Below are positions 1 to 10,319 of a stretch of 64,000 bases of DNA, piece after piece. How positions within the stretch are numbered: the first letter of the stretch is position 1; every line of letters starts with the position of its first letter. Source of the stretch: a candidate division FCPU426 bacterium (lineage in GTDB: Bacteria > Oederibacteriota > Muellerivitia > Muellerivitales > Muellerivitaceae); NCBI GenBank assembly GCA_963771075.1, contig CAVYSE010000007.1, positions 192,001 to 256,000 on the forward strand, in the 5' to 3' direction. The notes under the pieces are model-generated. The model did not search any database and was not told the origin of the DNA. It saw nothing but the letters and a program-made list of their open reading frames with translations. A program made the position numbers and the translations under genes.

Positions 1-1
1 A

Positions 2-421
2 CAACAAAACGACATGTGGCGATGGGATTTGGAATATTTGCTATTCGAGGTTCCTTCGGGGGACTCTTCGGGTCTAAGAGGGCATGGGGCCATTTCAATT
101 CCGGTTTCGAATCAATTAGGGCTGGAACATCTCGTTTTTCACCTCTCTCTTCAGGACGTGTGGAACCCCACGGAGGATTCGAGCTATGACCTGGGCGGAG
201 AACTCGACCTCGAGTTGAAGGGAAAATCGAAAGTCTGGTGTTTATTTCGCAAGCTGCAGAACGTGGATTGGCTGGGGGAACTGGGCGGGGAATGGCGCAT
301 CCTTTCTTCCGTCGGCGTTTATGCTTATCTCGACCATCGGCCGAGCGGGGACCTATCCTGGCCGGAAGAAGGCTTTTCGTCCCCCACATTCGTCGGTTTG
401 GGTTTAAGGGCTGGGTTCTAA
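2..421 (+). CDS. 3' part of a hypothetical protein, possibly an outer-membrane beta-barrel (5' end outside the window)
   Basis: Frame is open from base 2. Alternating hydrophobic strands and a C-terminal Phe (GLRAGF). Confidence 0.5.
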   Translation, partial: QQNDMWRWDLEYLLFEVPSGDSSGLRGHGAISIPVSNQLGLEHLVFHLSLQDVWNPTEDSSYDLGGELDLELKGKSKVWCLFRKLQNVDWLGELGGEWRILSSVGVYAYLDHRPSGDLSWPEEGFSSPTFVGLGLRAGF

Positions 422-468
422 GCCGTCTCTTCTTGACCCCTTCAGGAGACGGGTGGTAGTTTGACAGG

Positions 469-1404
469 GTGAAAATTTCATTCTCGCGCCTAAATCCGTA
501 CCTATTTATATTTTTGTGCCCTTTCACGGGTCTTTTTGCGCAAGGGGCTGGAACCACCGGAGCGGATCTGATGAAAGCGCCGGTCGGCGTTCGGCCAGCC
601 GCATTAGGCGGGGCCTACGCGGCCTTGGGGGATGATGTTTATGTGATTGGATATAACCCGGCGGGATTGGCGAGAATTTCGAAATATAGCCTTGGAGTGG
701 ATGATGTCCAAGGGCTCGCCGGAGTGGAAACGGATTCCCTTTCGGTAGCGGTTCCCACCCAAAATTACGGGAACATTGGGGGGCAGCTCATCTACCGCCA
801 AATGGCAACGATTCAAAACACGCTTGCGACCGATCCGCCTGTCAATGCGAGCGATTACCTTTTAACCATCGCGGATGGGCAGCAGTTTGGCGCGGTGGCG
901 ATCGGCGGGGCCCTCAAAACGCTTTATTCGCTTCTAGGTGAAAAACAAGCTTTTGTGGAAGCGGTCGATTTGGGGTTTAAAGTTCAATTATTCGAAACGG
1001 ATGTTGCGTTAGTTGCCCAAAATATCGGCCCGGCGGTGCAATATCAGCCGGGCAGCGGGGCGCAGGATCCCCTGCCCATGACCTTTCGCTTGGGTTTGGC
1101 CCGTCCCTTGATCGTCACCCCTTCCTCCACTTTTTTGGCCAGCTTGGAAGGTTTTTACGTCCAGGGGGAAGGAAACCAGGCTTCCTTGGGGGCGGAATAC
1201 TGGCATCGCAGTATTCTGGCTATCCGGGTAGGCTATCGGTTTAGCGACCCGGGAAATTTAAACGGCGGTTTTTCGGCAGGATTGGGTCTTCGGTACAACC
1301 TGGGTAAATTGGAATATGAGTTGGGGTACACTTGGCGGCCCTCCCAAATCAGCTCAACCTTTATATCCAGCACCAATTTGTTCGGTATCCTCTTCTGGTA
1401 TTGA
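469..1404 (+). CDS. PorV/PorQ-family (UPF0164-like) outer-membrane beta-barrel protein
   Basis: Signal peptide, motif GVRPAALGGAY..A.DD...YNPAGLA, LAIRVGY strand, aromatic C-terminus. Confidence 0.8.
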   Translation: MKISFSRLNPYLFIFLCPFTGLFAQGAGTTGADLMKAPVGVRPAALGGAYAALGDDVYVIGYNPAGLARISKYSLGVDDVQGLAGVETDSLSVAVPTQNYGNIGGQLIYRQMATIQNTLATDPPVNASDYLLTIADGQQFGAVAIGGALKTLYSLLGEKQAFVEAVDLGFKVQLFETDVALVAQNIGPAVQYQPGSGAQDPLPMTFRLGLARPLIVTPSSTFLASLEGFYVQGEGNQASLGAEYWHRSILAIRVGYRFSDPGNLNGGFSAGLGLRYNLGKLEYELGYTWRPSQISSTFISSTNLFGILFWY

Positions 1405-1416
1405 ACTGACAAAAGC

Positions 1417-1445
1417 TTGACAACCGTTTATCCCATGAATAAACT
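1417..1445 (+). promoter_or_regulatory. sigma70-type promoter for rplU-rpmA
   Basis: TTGACA (1417-1422), 17-nt spacer, TAAACT (1440-1445). GAGGAGG RBS before rplU. Confidence 0.65.
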
Positions 1446-1493
1446 CTGTTTTCTTTGGTTCTGGGTGAGAGCCACATTTTGAGGAGGTTTTGA

Positions 1494-1808
1494 ATGTACG
1501 CCGTCATACAAGCCGGGGGAAAACAATATCGTGTTGCCGAAGGTGACGTGATCAAGGTGAACCGTCTGGAAGGCAACCCCGGGGATGCAGTGGAATTCAG
1601 CCAAGTCCTTCTCTTAGAAGAAAATGGGAAATTGCGCGTGAAGAAGAGGGAAGTTGAAAATGCGAAAGTAAAAGGAAAAATTACCACCCATTCCCAAGGG
1701 AAAAAAATAAGGGTTTTCCGTTACACTCGCCGGAAAAACACGATGAAAACGAAGGGATCCCGTCCCAAGTTTTCATCCGTCACCATTGAGAAAATCATTC
1801 AGGTTTAG
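1494..1808 (+). CDS. rplU: 50S ribosomal protein L21
   Basis: [19 protein letters not shown]-terminus; adjacent to L27. Confidence 0.97.
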   Translation: MYAVIQAGGKQYRVAEGDVIKVNRLEGNPGDAVEFSQVLLLEENGKLRVKKREVENAKVKGKITTHSQGKKIRVFRYTRRKNTMKTKGSRPKFSSVTIEKIIQV

Positions 1809-1825
1809 TTGAAAGGGAGAGGATC

Positions 1826-2086
1826 ATGGGTCAGCATAAAGCGGGTGGTTCCACCCGAAATGGCAGGGACAGCAACAGCCAGCGGCTGGGCATCAAGGCT
1901 CATGGCGGCAATTACGTAAGCGCGGGGAGTATCCTGGTTCGCCAGAGGGGACTGCGCTACAAACCGGGGCTGAACGTGGGCGTTGGCAAGGACGATACGC
2001 TTTTTGCCAAGATTTCGGGTCATGTCGCTTTTCGGGAATTCCGGGGCGGCACCAAAAAGGTTAGCATCGTTCCACAGATGGCCTGA
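1826..2086 (+). CDS. rpmA: 50S ribosomal protein L27
   Basis: [21 protein letters not shown] and [10 protein letters not shown] motifs. Confidence 0.98.
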   Translation: MGQHKAGGSTRNGRDSNSQRLGIKAHGGNYVSAGSILVRQRGLRYKPGLNVGVGKDDTLFAKISGHVAFREFRGGTKKVSIVPQMA

Positions 2087-2098
2087 GGCAACAGTCTG

Positions 2099-2130
2099 AA
2101 AAACCCCGTCCTCATGGGCGGGGTTTTTTT
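2099..2130 (+). terminator. Intrinsic terminator after rpmA
   Basis: AAAAACCCCGTCC-TCAT-GGGCGGGGTTTTTTT hairpin with U-tract. Confidence 0.8.
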
Positions 2131-2168
2131 ATTTGGGGACAAATAAATCCTATCCGGAGTCGTTTTTC

Positions 2169-3458
2169 ATGATCGTGGATGAAGCCGTCATTACCGTCGA
2201 AGCCGGGCAGGGTGGCAATGGCTGCTCCAGTTTTCGACGGGAAAAGTACATCCCTCGCGGGGGACCGGACGGGGGAAATGGCGGGAGAGGGGGAGATGTC
2301 CTGCTGGAAGCGCGGCTGGACACCCGTACCCTTGTTGATTTCATTTACCGCCCTCTCTATCGGGCCAAACACGGCGAACATGGCAAGGGCAAGAACATGC
2401 ACGGAAGGGCCGCGGACCCCGTGGTCGTTCCCGTTCCCGTTGGGACCGTGGTGTGGTCCGCGGAAAACGAATTGATCGCCGACATGAGCGAAAACGGAAA
2501 GAAATTGATCATCGCCAAAGGCGGGCGAGGCGGAAGAGGAAACACGACTTTTGCGACCGCCACCCAAAAAGCGCCCCGCTTGGCGGAAAACGGGGAGCCG
2601 GGTGAAGTCAAGGTTCTCCGGCTTGAGTTAAAACTCATCGCCGATGCCGGATTTCTGGGTTATCCAAACGCGGGTAAATCGACTTTACTTTCCAGGGTAT
2701 CCAAGGCAAGGCCCAAAATTGCCGACTATCCCTTTACCACCCTGGAGCCTCAATTGGGAGTCGTCAATTTATCGGGCAACCGTCATATGGTCCTGGCGGA
2801 TGTTCCTGGTTTGATTGAAGGCGCCAGCCAGGGGAAGGGGCTGGGAATCAAATTCCTCCGCCATTTGGAAAGAACCCGAATCCTGCTTCACTTGGTGGAT
2901 GTAACCAATATCCAGGATTTTCGTGAACTCAACCGGCAAATCAAATCCATCAACCAGGAACTTTTTAACCATAGCCCTCGTTTTAAGAAAACTCCCCAAA
3001 TCATCGTCTTTACCAAATTGGATGCGATCGCGGATCGAACCAAGCTTCACCGTTGGGCCCAAAGGTTGGAGAAAAAAAACCCTGTTTTTTTGATATCCGC
3101 CGTGTCGGGCGAGGGTTTAGAAGGGCTTATGGAGGAAACCTGGAAAAAAATCCAAAGCCCATTGCCGGTGGATGAAAAATCCGAGAATTCAGAAGTAAAA
3201 TATGAGGTGAAGCCCCGGTTCAAGATCTGGAAAGAAGATGATGGCTTTCACGTGACGGGCACTGAAGTGGAAAAGTGGGTGGTGATGACCCGGTTTGAAA
3301 GCCGTGACGCCCTGGAGCGGTTTCAGAAAATATTGGTACGATTAGGCGTGATTCATGAGCTGAATCGGCTGGGCGCAAAACCTGGGGATACGGTCTGTTT
3401 AGGCAATAAAGAATTAATTTATGAATCCGATCGGTTGGAGTCCTCGAGTGAAAAGTAA
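2169..3458 (+). CDS. obgE: GTPase ObgE/CgtA with C-terminal (DUF1967/OCT-like) domain
   Basis: Gly-rich Obg fold GGPDGGNGGRGG, G1 GYPNAGKST, YPFTT, DVPG. ATG at 2169 preferred over TTG 2133. Confidence 0.96.
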   Translation: MIVDEAVITVEAGQGGNGCSSFRREKYIPRGGPDGGNGGRGGDVLLEARLDTRTLVDFIYRPLYRAKHGEHGKGKNMHGRAADPVVVPVPVGTVVWSAENELIADMSENGKKLIIAKGGRGGRGNTTFATATQKAPRLAENGEPGEVKVLRLELKLIADAGFLGYPNAGKSTLLSRVSKARPKIADYPFTTLEPQLGVVNLSGNRHMVLADVPGLIEGASQGKGLGIKFLRHLERTRILLHLVDVTNIQDFRELNRQIKSINQELFNHSPRFKKTPQIIVFTKLDAIADRTKLHRWAQRLEKKNPVFLISAVSGEGLEGLMEETWKKIQSPLPVDEKSENSEVKYEVKPRFKIWKEDDGFHVTGTEVEKWVVMTRFESRDALERFQKILVRLGVIHELNRLGAKPGDTVCLGNKELIYESDRLESSSEK

Positions 3459-4581
3459 ACTGAGAGAAATCCCCAAACTGAAAAGAGTTGTGGTGAAAGT
3501 GGGAAGCAGTTTGTTGACCGAGGGGAAAAAGAAAGGCATTCAGAAGCCTTTTTTAAACGCTTTGGCAGGTCAAATCAGTCATCTTCAAGGGAAAGGCGTG
3601 GACGTCATCGTGGTGACGTCCGGCGCGGTTGCCTTGGGCATGCATGAATTGGGCATCCCAAAACGCCCCAAAGAGATTCCCCAATTACAGGCCCTCGCCG
3701 CGGTCGGGCAATGCAACCTCATGCAGTCCTATGAAACGACATTCAAGAAATACAAGCTTAAGGTGGCCCAAATACTTTTAACGCAGGAAGATTTATCGGA
3801 CCGGGTTCGGTATACCAATGCCCACAACACATTCATGGAATTACTCAGCCATCATATTGTTCCTGTCGTGAACGAGAATGATACGGTGGCGGTGGAAGAA
3901 ATCAAATTCGGCGATAATGACACCCTTTCCATGTTGGTCACCCATTGGACCGAATCGGATCTTTTGATTATTTTGACCGATCAGGATGGTTTTTTTGAGG
4001 AAGATCCGGGGAAAAACCCCGACGCCCAAATGATTTCCGAGGTCAAGACCTGGGACAAACGGTATGAACAAAGCGCGACCGGAAGCCAATCGGGCGTCGG
4101 GACCGGCGGGATGGCCACTAAAATCAGGGTGGCTAAAAACATGATGGTTTCAGGCGTGCCCATGGTCATTGGAAATGGAAGGGATCATGAATTCATCAAC
4201 AAGGTTTGCGCCGGAATGAATGTCGGTACCTATTTCTACCCCAGTTCCAACAAGATGAATAGCCGGAAAAGGTGGCTGGCCTGGAGCTTACGAACCAAAG
4301 GGGAAGTGGGTGTGGATGAGGGCGCCGCCAAGGCCTTAACGGAAAAAAACAGAAGTCTGCTGCCATCGGGCATCAAATCGATCGAAGGGGTTTGGAAAAA
4401 GGGTGAATTGATCAAAATTGTGAACCCCAAGGGGTTGGAAATCGCGAAAGGTTTGTGTAATTTTGATTCGGCTCAATTAAGCCAAATACTTGGTTTGAGG
4501 ACAGAGGATATCAGGGAAAAACTGGGACCTAACTCGCCCGAGGAGGCGGTCCACAAGGATAATTTGGTATCTTTGCTTTAG
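3448..4581 (+). CDS. proB: Glutamate 5-kinase with PUA domain
   Basis: VVVKVGSS, VVNENDTV, FGDND, GTGGMATK, C-terminal PUA. GTG at 3448 has a GGAG RBS. Confidence 0.96.
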   Translation: MKSKLREIPKLKRVVVKVGSSLLTEGKKKGIQKPFLNALAGQISHLQGKGVDVIVVTSGAVALGMHELGIPKRPKEIPQLQALAAVGQCNLMQSYETTFKKYKLKVAQILLTQEDLSDRVRYTNAHNTFMELLSHHIVPVVNENDTVAVEEIKFGDNDTLSMLVTHWTESDLLIILTDQDGFFEEDPGKNPDAQMISEVKTWDKRYEQSATGSQSGVGTGGMATKIRVAKNMMVSGVPMVIGNGRDHEFINKVCAGMNVGTYFYPSSNKMNSRKRWLAWSLRTKGEVGVDEGAAKALTEKNRSLLPSGIKSIEGVWKKGELIKIVNPKGLEIAKGLCNFDSAQLSQILGLRTEDIREKLGPNSPEEAVHKDNLVSLL

Positions 4582-4690
4582 AATAGGGTCAATTCCTAAT
4601 AAAATAATGGTCTTTCATGTTAAAATATTTGTCTGCCAGATTAGGCTGATACCCTGAATTTTATTTGTCGAACTCACGGAGTTAATTTAA

Positions 4691-5257
4691 GTGGCAAAAA
4701 AAAATTATTACGAAATATTTAAAATATATCCGCCCATTGACCTGCAACACTTGCAGGACACTTATAAACAGCTCATTTTTGAGCACCATCCCGATACCAA
4801 TCCAGGCAGGATGGAATGGGCGATTGAAAAGACGATGGAAATAGTTGAAGCATATAATGTATTGAGTGACCCGTTAAAACGTGAAATTTATAATTTCCAA
4901 GTGCGAAATGACATCCGCAAGGATTTGGGGGAATTTATAGGGTTAAAAAAGGGCCTTTTAAACCTCATGAAATCAAAAGATGAAACCGAGGCGGAAGGTC
5001 ATTTTCGAAAAGGGATCGAGTTTTTCGAGGATAAAGACAATTGGAATCAGGCCCAGCACGAATGGGTCACCTGTATCCGGCTTATTCCGGGGTTTATTAA
5101 CGCCCATTTCAACCTTGGAATTCTTTACGGCTATCAAGGGAATTTCAAGGATTCCATGGCTTGTTTTGAGCGGTTAATTAAATATAACGCCAATGATAGT
5201 GAAGCCAAAAAGATATTAAGTATGGCCATGGGTTACGTTTATGGCAAGAAATCGTAG
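4691..5257 (+). CDS. J-domain (DnaJ-like) protein with C-terminal TPR repeats
   Basis: NYYEIF...HHPD...EAYNVLSDP.KR..Y J-domain; AHFNLGILY TPR motif. Confidence 0.85.
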   Translation: MAKKNYYEIFKIYPPIDLQHLQDTYKQLIFEHHPDTNPGRMEWAIEKTMEIVEAYNVLSDPLKREIYNFQVRNDIRKDLGEFIGLKKGLLNLMKSKDETEAEGHFRKGIEFFEDKDNWNQAQHEWVTCIRLIPGFINAHFNLGILYGYQGNFKDSMACFERLIKYNANDSEAKKILSMAMGYVYGKKS

Positions 5258-5271
5258 GGTAAGGAAGGGTT

Positions 5272-7032
5272 ATGCCTGAACGCGTCGCTGCCGTTGCCAT
5301 TGGCATTGATTTGGGAACAACCAATTCTTGCGTCGCTTTCCTGAAAAGCGGCGAACCCACGGTTATTCCAAATTCAGACGGTTATCGGACCACTCCCTCC
5401 GTGGTCGCGTTGACCGCGCAAGGGGATTGGCTGGTGGGCTTGGACGCCAAACACCAGGCCTTTACCAACCCGCGCGGCACCGTCTCCTCCATCAAACGTT
5501 TCATTGGCCGGAAAATATCGGACGAGGACGTCAAGAAGGACCAAACCCTCGTTTCCTACGAATTAAGCGGATCGGAAAATGACGATATCCGCGTCCAGCT
5601 GGACAACAAATTAAAATCCCCCGAAGAAATTTCGGCGATCATCCTCCAAAAAATCAAACAAGACGTAGAGAAGAGATTGGGTGAGAAGGTGAACCAGGCG
5701 GTTATTACGGTTCCTGCGTATTTCAATGATTCCCAACGGCAAGCGACCAAAGACGCCGGCAAGATCGCCGGGTTTGAGGTTTTGAGGATCATCAACGAAC
5801 CGACCGCGGCGGCCCTTTCCTATGATTTTGACACGAAAAAGAACCAGAAAATTGCGGTCTATGATCTTGGCGGCGGAACGCTTGATGTGACCATTCTGGA
5901 GCTCCTGAACGGCTTGTATCGGGTTCTATCGACCTGCGGGGATACCCATTTAGGGGGAGATGATTTTGACCAGAGTGTGATGGAATGGGTCCTGGCAAAA
6001 TTTCAAACCGAGACGGGTTTGAACTTGCGGGAAGATCCGGTTGCGGTTCAAAGGCTTCGGGAAGCGTCCGAAAAAGCGAAATGCGACCTTTCCACCAACG
6101 CCCAAACGGAAATTAACCTGCCTTTTATCGCGAAAAAGGATGGGATCCCTCTCAACCTTTCCTACAGCATTACCCGGGAAGCGTTTGAGGAACTAGTGGC
6201 CCCCCTGGTCGAAAGAAGCTTTGAGCCTTGCCGTAAGGCTTTGAAAGACGCCAATTTAGCCCCGGTGGATTTAAACGAGGTGATTTTAGTCGGGGGCATG
6301 ACGCGTATGCCCAAGGTTCGTGAAAAAGTTAAAGCCTTTTTCAACCGCGAACCGAATACCAAGGTCAACCCGGATGAAGCCGTGGCTTTGGGAGCCTCCA
6401 TTCAAGCTGGGATCATTAATGGAAACGTGAAAAACGCGTTGTTGTTGGATGTGACGCCTCTATCCCTAGGGGTGGAGACCTTGGGCGGGACTTTCAGCGT
6501 GATTATTCCAAGAAATACGACTGTTCCCACGAAAATGAGCAAACTGTATTCCACGGTTAAGGACATGCAAACCTCGGTTAACGTGAAGGTTTTACAAGGC
6601 GAGTCCAAAATCGCGTCCAATAACAAAACATTGGGGTTCTTTTCGTTTCTCGGGATTCCACCCGCGGTCGCGGGAGTGGCCCAGGTTGAGGTTACCTTCG
6701 CCATCGACGCGAACGGGATCGTCAATGTAACCGCTAAAAACGTCGCTTCAGGCCAAACCCAGCAGATGAAAGTCTCCGCGACCAGCGGTTTGACCCGGGA
6801 TGAATTGGACCGGCTTATTCAAGCGGCCAAAGGGCGGGTCATTAGCTCGACTGAAATTCCCGAGGTACCCAAAGAAGCACCTGTCCCCGGTAAACCGGCC
6901 GCTGAAAAGCCGAAAAAACAGGCGGACGCGCCCGCGCCTTCGCCTAACGCGGCGCCGGTTCCCGGAGAGACGGACAATGAATTTTTGACCGGTGACATGA
7001 TCAATTCTTTTCTTAAGGACATGGGAGAGTGA
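5272..7032 (+). CDS. dnaK: Hsp70/DnaK-family chaperone paralog lacking most of the helical lid
   Basis: [29 protein letters not shown], linker [11 protein letters not shown]. Ends in a Pro/Ala-rich tail after [12 protein letters not shown]. Confidence 0.88.
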   Translation: MPERVAAVAIGIDLGTTNSCVAFLKSGEPTVIPNSDGYRTTPSVVALTAQGDWLVGLDAKHQAFTNPRGTVSSIKRFIGRKISDEDVKKDQTLVSYELSGSENDDIRVQLDNKLKSPEEISAIILQKIKQDVEKRLGEKVNQAVITVPAYFNDSQRQATKDAGKIAGFEVLRIINEPTAAALSYDFDTKKNQKIAVYDLGGGTLDVTILELLNGLYRVLSTCGDTHLGGDDFDQSVMEWVLAKFQTETGLNLREDPVAVQRLREASEKAKCDLSTNAQTEINLPFIAKKDGIPLNLSYSITREAFEELVAPLVERSFEPCRKALKDANLAPVDLNEVILVGGMTRMPKVREKVKAFFNREPNTKVNPDEAVALGASIQAGIINGNVKNALLLDVTPLSLGVETLGGTFSVIIPRNTTVPTKMSKLYSTVKDMQTSVNVKVLQGESKIASNNKTLGFFSFLGIPPAVAGVAQVEVTFAIDANGIVNVTAKNVASGQTQQMKVSATSGLTRDELDRLIQAAKGRVISSTEIPEVPKEAPVPGKPAAEKPKKQADAPAPSPNAAPVPGETDNEFLTGDMINSFLKDMGE

Positions 7033-7661
7033 ACGGAATTAAAACAGTCGCCCTTTTCGGGGGCACTTTTAACCCCATCCACTTTGGACATTTGATTGTC
7101 GCGGAAGAAATAAGATCCAAATACAACATGGACAAAATCATCTTTGTCCCATCCCACCTGCCGCCGCATAAAGATCCCACGGATTTAATCGATGGGAAAA
7201 AAAGATCGATCATGCTCCACCTGGCGACGGTTGGTAATCCCTGCTTTGAGGTATCCGATTACGAGATTAATCGGGGAGGGAAGTCCTATTCCATCGATAC
7301 GGTCCGTTATTTTTCCCAGCTTTACGGCGAAGATACCCAGCTTTATTTCATCGTGGGAGCCGATCTATTGACGGAGATATCGAGCTGGAAAAACATCGAG
7401 GGGCTTTTAAAGCTGTGCCGATTTATCTCAGTGCCGAGACCCGGGTACGATACGGATAAGATTTTCAATTACAAAATGCTGGGCTCCTCGGCCGACTCCA
7501 TGGACGCGGATATTATCAATAACGTGATCATTGAAAATATTACGACTTCCGACATTAGCTCCACTTCCATTCGGCAAAAGGTACGGGAATGGAAGAGCAT
7601 CAAATATTTAGTGCCCGAACCGGTTGAGCATTACATTCACAACCAAAAATTGTATCTTTAG
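7029..7661 (+). CDS. nadD: Nicotinate-nucleotide adenylyltransferase
   Basis: FGGTFNPIHFGH, PPHK, SYSIDT, GAD, ISSTSIR motifs. Confidence 0.96.
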   Translation: MNGIKTVALFGGTFNPIHFGHLIVAEEIRSKYNMDKIIFVPSHLPPHKDPTDLIDGKKRSIMLHLATVGNPCFEVSDYEINRGGKSYSIDTVRYFSQLYGEDTQLYFIVGADLLTEISSWKNIEGLLKLCRFISVPRPGYDTDKIFNYKMLGSSADSMDADIINNVIIENITTSDISSTSIRQKVREWKSIKYLVPEPVEHYIHNQKLYL

Positions 7662-7671
7662 GATAAAACCT

Positions 7672-7941
7672 TTGAATTTAATCAATTTTATGGAAGAAGC
7701 CGTCCTGAAAACCCTCGATGAAATGTTATCCGAACCGTCTTATTCGGATTTTAAACCCTCCGAAAAAGAGAAGCTGGATGTCATGGCGATCACTTTAAAC
7801 CGGGTTCCTCCTCGTTATATTGTGTCCGATAGAGGTCATTTATTCTCCCGCGTGGAAGAACTACGCCAACAGTTTAAAACGGATTTGTTGGTGGAATTGA
7901 CACGCGCCATTGAACAGGTCAGAAAGAATCCACGGGGTTAA
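7672..7941 (+). CDS. ComFB-family (late competence development / cyclic-dinucleotide-binding) protein
   Basis: N.MEE.V ... DVMAITLNRVPPRY ... A...V..NPR signature. TTG start at 7672 after an AGGA RBS. Confidence 0.85.
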   Translation: MNLINFMEEAVLKTLDEMLSEPSYSDFKPSEKEKLDVMAITLNRVPPRYIVSDRGHLFSRVEELRQQFKTDLLVELTRAIEQVRKNPRG

Positions 7942-7942
7942 A

Positions 7943-8290
7943 TTGCAAACTGAACAAAACATCCTTTTAAAAACGATTGTTGAGGCGATAGGGAACAAAA
8001 AGGGTTTCGACATAAAAAAAATGCATGTGAAAGACCTGGTGAACTACGCGGATTATTTGATTTTATGCTCCGGAGCCTCGGACCCGCAGGTCAGGGCAAT
8101 CGCGGATGAAATAGAATCGAAGGTAAAAGAATCGACAGGCTCGCGGCCGATCTTGAACAGAAAAGACATCAATTGGTATGTGTTGGATTATATCGATGTC
8201 GTTGTTCACATTTTCAAGCCGGAATCAAGAACTTATTACGATCTTGATACTCTTTGGATCGATGCCCCGCAGGAAAAAATGAACGTTTGA
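7943..8290 (+). CDS. rsfS: Ribosome silencing factor RsfS (Iojap)
   Basis: KKGFDI, ADYLILCSG, WYVLDYIDVVVHIF, RTYYDLDTLW. Confidence 0.93.
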   Translation: MQTEQNILLKTIVEAIGNKKGFDIKKMHVKDLVNYADYLILCSGASDPQVRAIADEIESKVKESTGSRPILNRKDINWYVLDYIDVVVHIFKPESRTYYDLDTLWIDAPQEKMNV

Positions 8291-8398
8291 AAAGTGGTTT
8301 GTGGTAGAAAAAATAAATATTTCTCACCGTTCGTTTACCGCCACGACCTTAACCCACGCCTCTTACTACAGTGACCTAATTTCCTAACATGACCTTGT

Positions 8399-10159
8399 CT
8401 ATTTCCAGTTAATGACCAATACATCGTAATACTTCAGGTTTTTCACCTTCATGACTAATTGGCCGTTGGAAAAGGAAAAATCAACCTTTTGCTTTTTTGG
8501 GATATCCGGTGAAACCATTTCAACCGATGCCGGATCGGCCGGGGCGGCCAAAGTGACGGTGAAATCGGACTTAGGTAATATCCGCTTGTCGTAATTGTGG
8601 TTGATGAGGTGCAAGAGCGACCTTTTCCGCCCGGTTTGGTCCATGAGGTTGGTTTCGATTTGGCCGGCGTTGACGATCGCGCCGGTATGGGTGTCGGTAG
8701 TCTCCTTAACTAAATAAAGATCACGGTTTTCCTTATAGAACTGGGCGTACCGGGCGAGAAAATCCATCACGCCCGACTTGGTCGCGCTCGGCTCCATGTC
8801 GTAACAGACCCGCAGGTGGAAGGCGTAAAACAACCCGCAAGCGTAGGCTTCCGGCGCGTAGATCTGCCAGAAATCCTCCTTCTCATTCCTCGGCAAGGCG
8901 TAATAACGGCTGATGAAAGTCGTCGGCCAGTCAAGGAACAACACCAGGGGCACATGGCCCGCCACGGCCTGGTTGCGCTGGTAGAGCGACTTGAAGATCT
9001 TTTTCAACGATCGGGAGCCATCCAGGTGGCCGTCCCCTGTTACGGGCATGTAGTCCGCTTCCTTGCCCCCGTCGTCGTCACGGTTGTAGTTCCAGAGCCC
9101 AAACTCGTTGAAGTCCACGTAGGGGAAGAGGCCGTTGGCCGTCACCAGGATTTCCTTATGATACTTTTCCCGCGCGTACCGGCGCGTTTCCACGACCATT
9201 TGCTTCCAATACACCCGGAAGGCCTTGTCGAGGAAATCCGGGTCGTCCAGGCTCAGGCGCGAGGAGGCGGGGAAGGCCCCCCATTCCGCCGCCAGCGGGT
9301 TCGCGGAGCAATTCTTCCCGCCCCAGCCCCTGTTCCTCGGGTCCGTGGCCCAGTCGTGTGCCTGCAGGTATTTGCGGTAATTGAAATTGCGTTTCAGGTC
9401 GCTGGCTCTCACGCCGCGTTTAATCACGTTGTCCCGGGTCATCTGGAACTTTTTGATCCAGTCCGCCTCGCGGTACCGGGGGTACTTCTCCATCAGGTAC
9501 CGGTTGAAGTCGGCGATGAAATAGTCGTCAAACCCCTCGTTCGCGTTGAAGTGGTATTTGGCGTTGCCGTAATAGCCGTCCGCGTCCATCTCATCCACCA
9601 CGATGCCGTCCGCCCCCAGGTCGATCTGCATGCGGATCTTTTGCATCAAATGTTCCTGGTAATTCGGGTTCGCGACCGAGGCCCTTCGCATGTTTTTGCA
9701 GGCGAAGTTGTCGCACTCCAGGTGCGTGACGGGGTTCCCCTCCGCGTCCAATGTGGACCAGTCCTGGAATTCCTTGTCACCCGCCGCGTCGCTGGCGTAT
9801 ATCGCGGACCCGTTCAGGCCGCCCATGAAGAGGATGTGCTTTTCATGGCATTTGTTCAAAAAGCCCAGGTTGTACCGGGAGGCCGGCGTATTGTCCGTCC
9901 AACCGGCGTGCCAGCCGCGCATGACCAGGTCCGGCACGAGTTTTTCGTAAACCTGCGGGTCGTCCTCATCGGGACCGTCATGGGAAAAACCGTATACGAC
10001 GACATTGCTCATATCAAAATGGCCGGACGCGTCCCCAGTATCGTCAAATAGTGTTTTTGGGGGGGAGGATTTCCCATCGGCGGATTGCGCGAATAGGCCA
10101 ACCGCGAAGACCGGCATCAAGAGGACGCAACAAACCAGCGCGAATATATTATTTCTCAT
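8399..10159 (-). CDS. Secreted putative glycoside hydrolase (TIM-barrel-like catalytic domain plus C-terminal beta-sandwich)
   Basis: Signal peptide; S..NPNYQEHL...IDLGADGIVVDE; C-terminal LLHLINHNY...SPD...YYDVLVI. Visibly higher GC than neighbours. GH family not assignable by eye. Confidence 0.6.
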   Translation of the reverse strand: MRNNIFALVCCVLLMPVFAVGLFAQSADGKSSPPKTLFDDTGDASGHFDMSNVVVYGFSHDGPDEDDPQVYEKLVPDLVMRGWHAGWTDNTPASRYNLGFLNKCHEKHILFMGGLNGSAIYASDAAGDKEFQDWSTLDAEGNPVTHLECDNFACKNMRRASVANPNYQEHLMQKIRMQIDLGADGIVVDEMDADGYYGNAKYHFNANEGFDDYFIADFNRYLMEKYPRYREADWIKKFQMTRDNVIKRGVRASDLKRNFNYRKYLQAHDWATDPRNRGWGGKNCSANPLAAEWGAFPASSRLSLDDPDFLDKAFRVYWKQMVVETRRYAREKYHKEILVTANGLFPYVDFNEFGLWNYNRDDDGGKEADYMPVTGDGHLDGSRSLKKIFKSLYQRNQAVAGHVPLVLFLDWPTTFISRYYALPRNEKEDFWQIYAPEAYACGLFYAFHLRVCYDMEPSATKSGVMDFLARYAQFYKENRDLYLVKETTDTHTGAIVNAGQIETNLMDQTGRKRSLLHLINHNYDKRILPKSDFTVTLAAPADPASVEMVSPDIPKKQKVDFSFSNGQLVMKVKNLKYYDVLVINWK

Positions 10160-10237
10160 GAATACCTCGCAAAATTCGACTATTTATTAGACGGCAGGAA
10201 TCAGAAAGTGTCGTGAACGAAGGAAGTTCCCGCGAGC

Positions 10238-10263
10238 AAATAGGTGCCTGGCCAATATTATCC
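10238..10263 (+). repeat. Boundary motif copy A1 (AAATAGGTGCCTGGCCAATATTATCC)
   Basis: 22/26 identical to 22634-22659. Core shared with 12347-12375 and 20125-20153. Confidence 0.7.
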
Positions 10264-10319
10264 CTTTCCCCTGTCAAACCCAGTTTCCCGCCTTGGTTAA
10301 CTCAAAAATATTTAATGGG

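Noticed and set aside
8816..10051. 411-aa plus-strand ORF
   Set aside because: Antisense shadow of the high-GC glycoside-hydrolase-like gene; no motifs.
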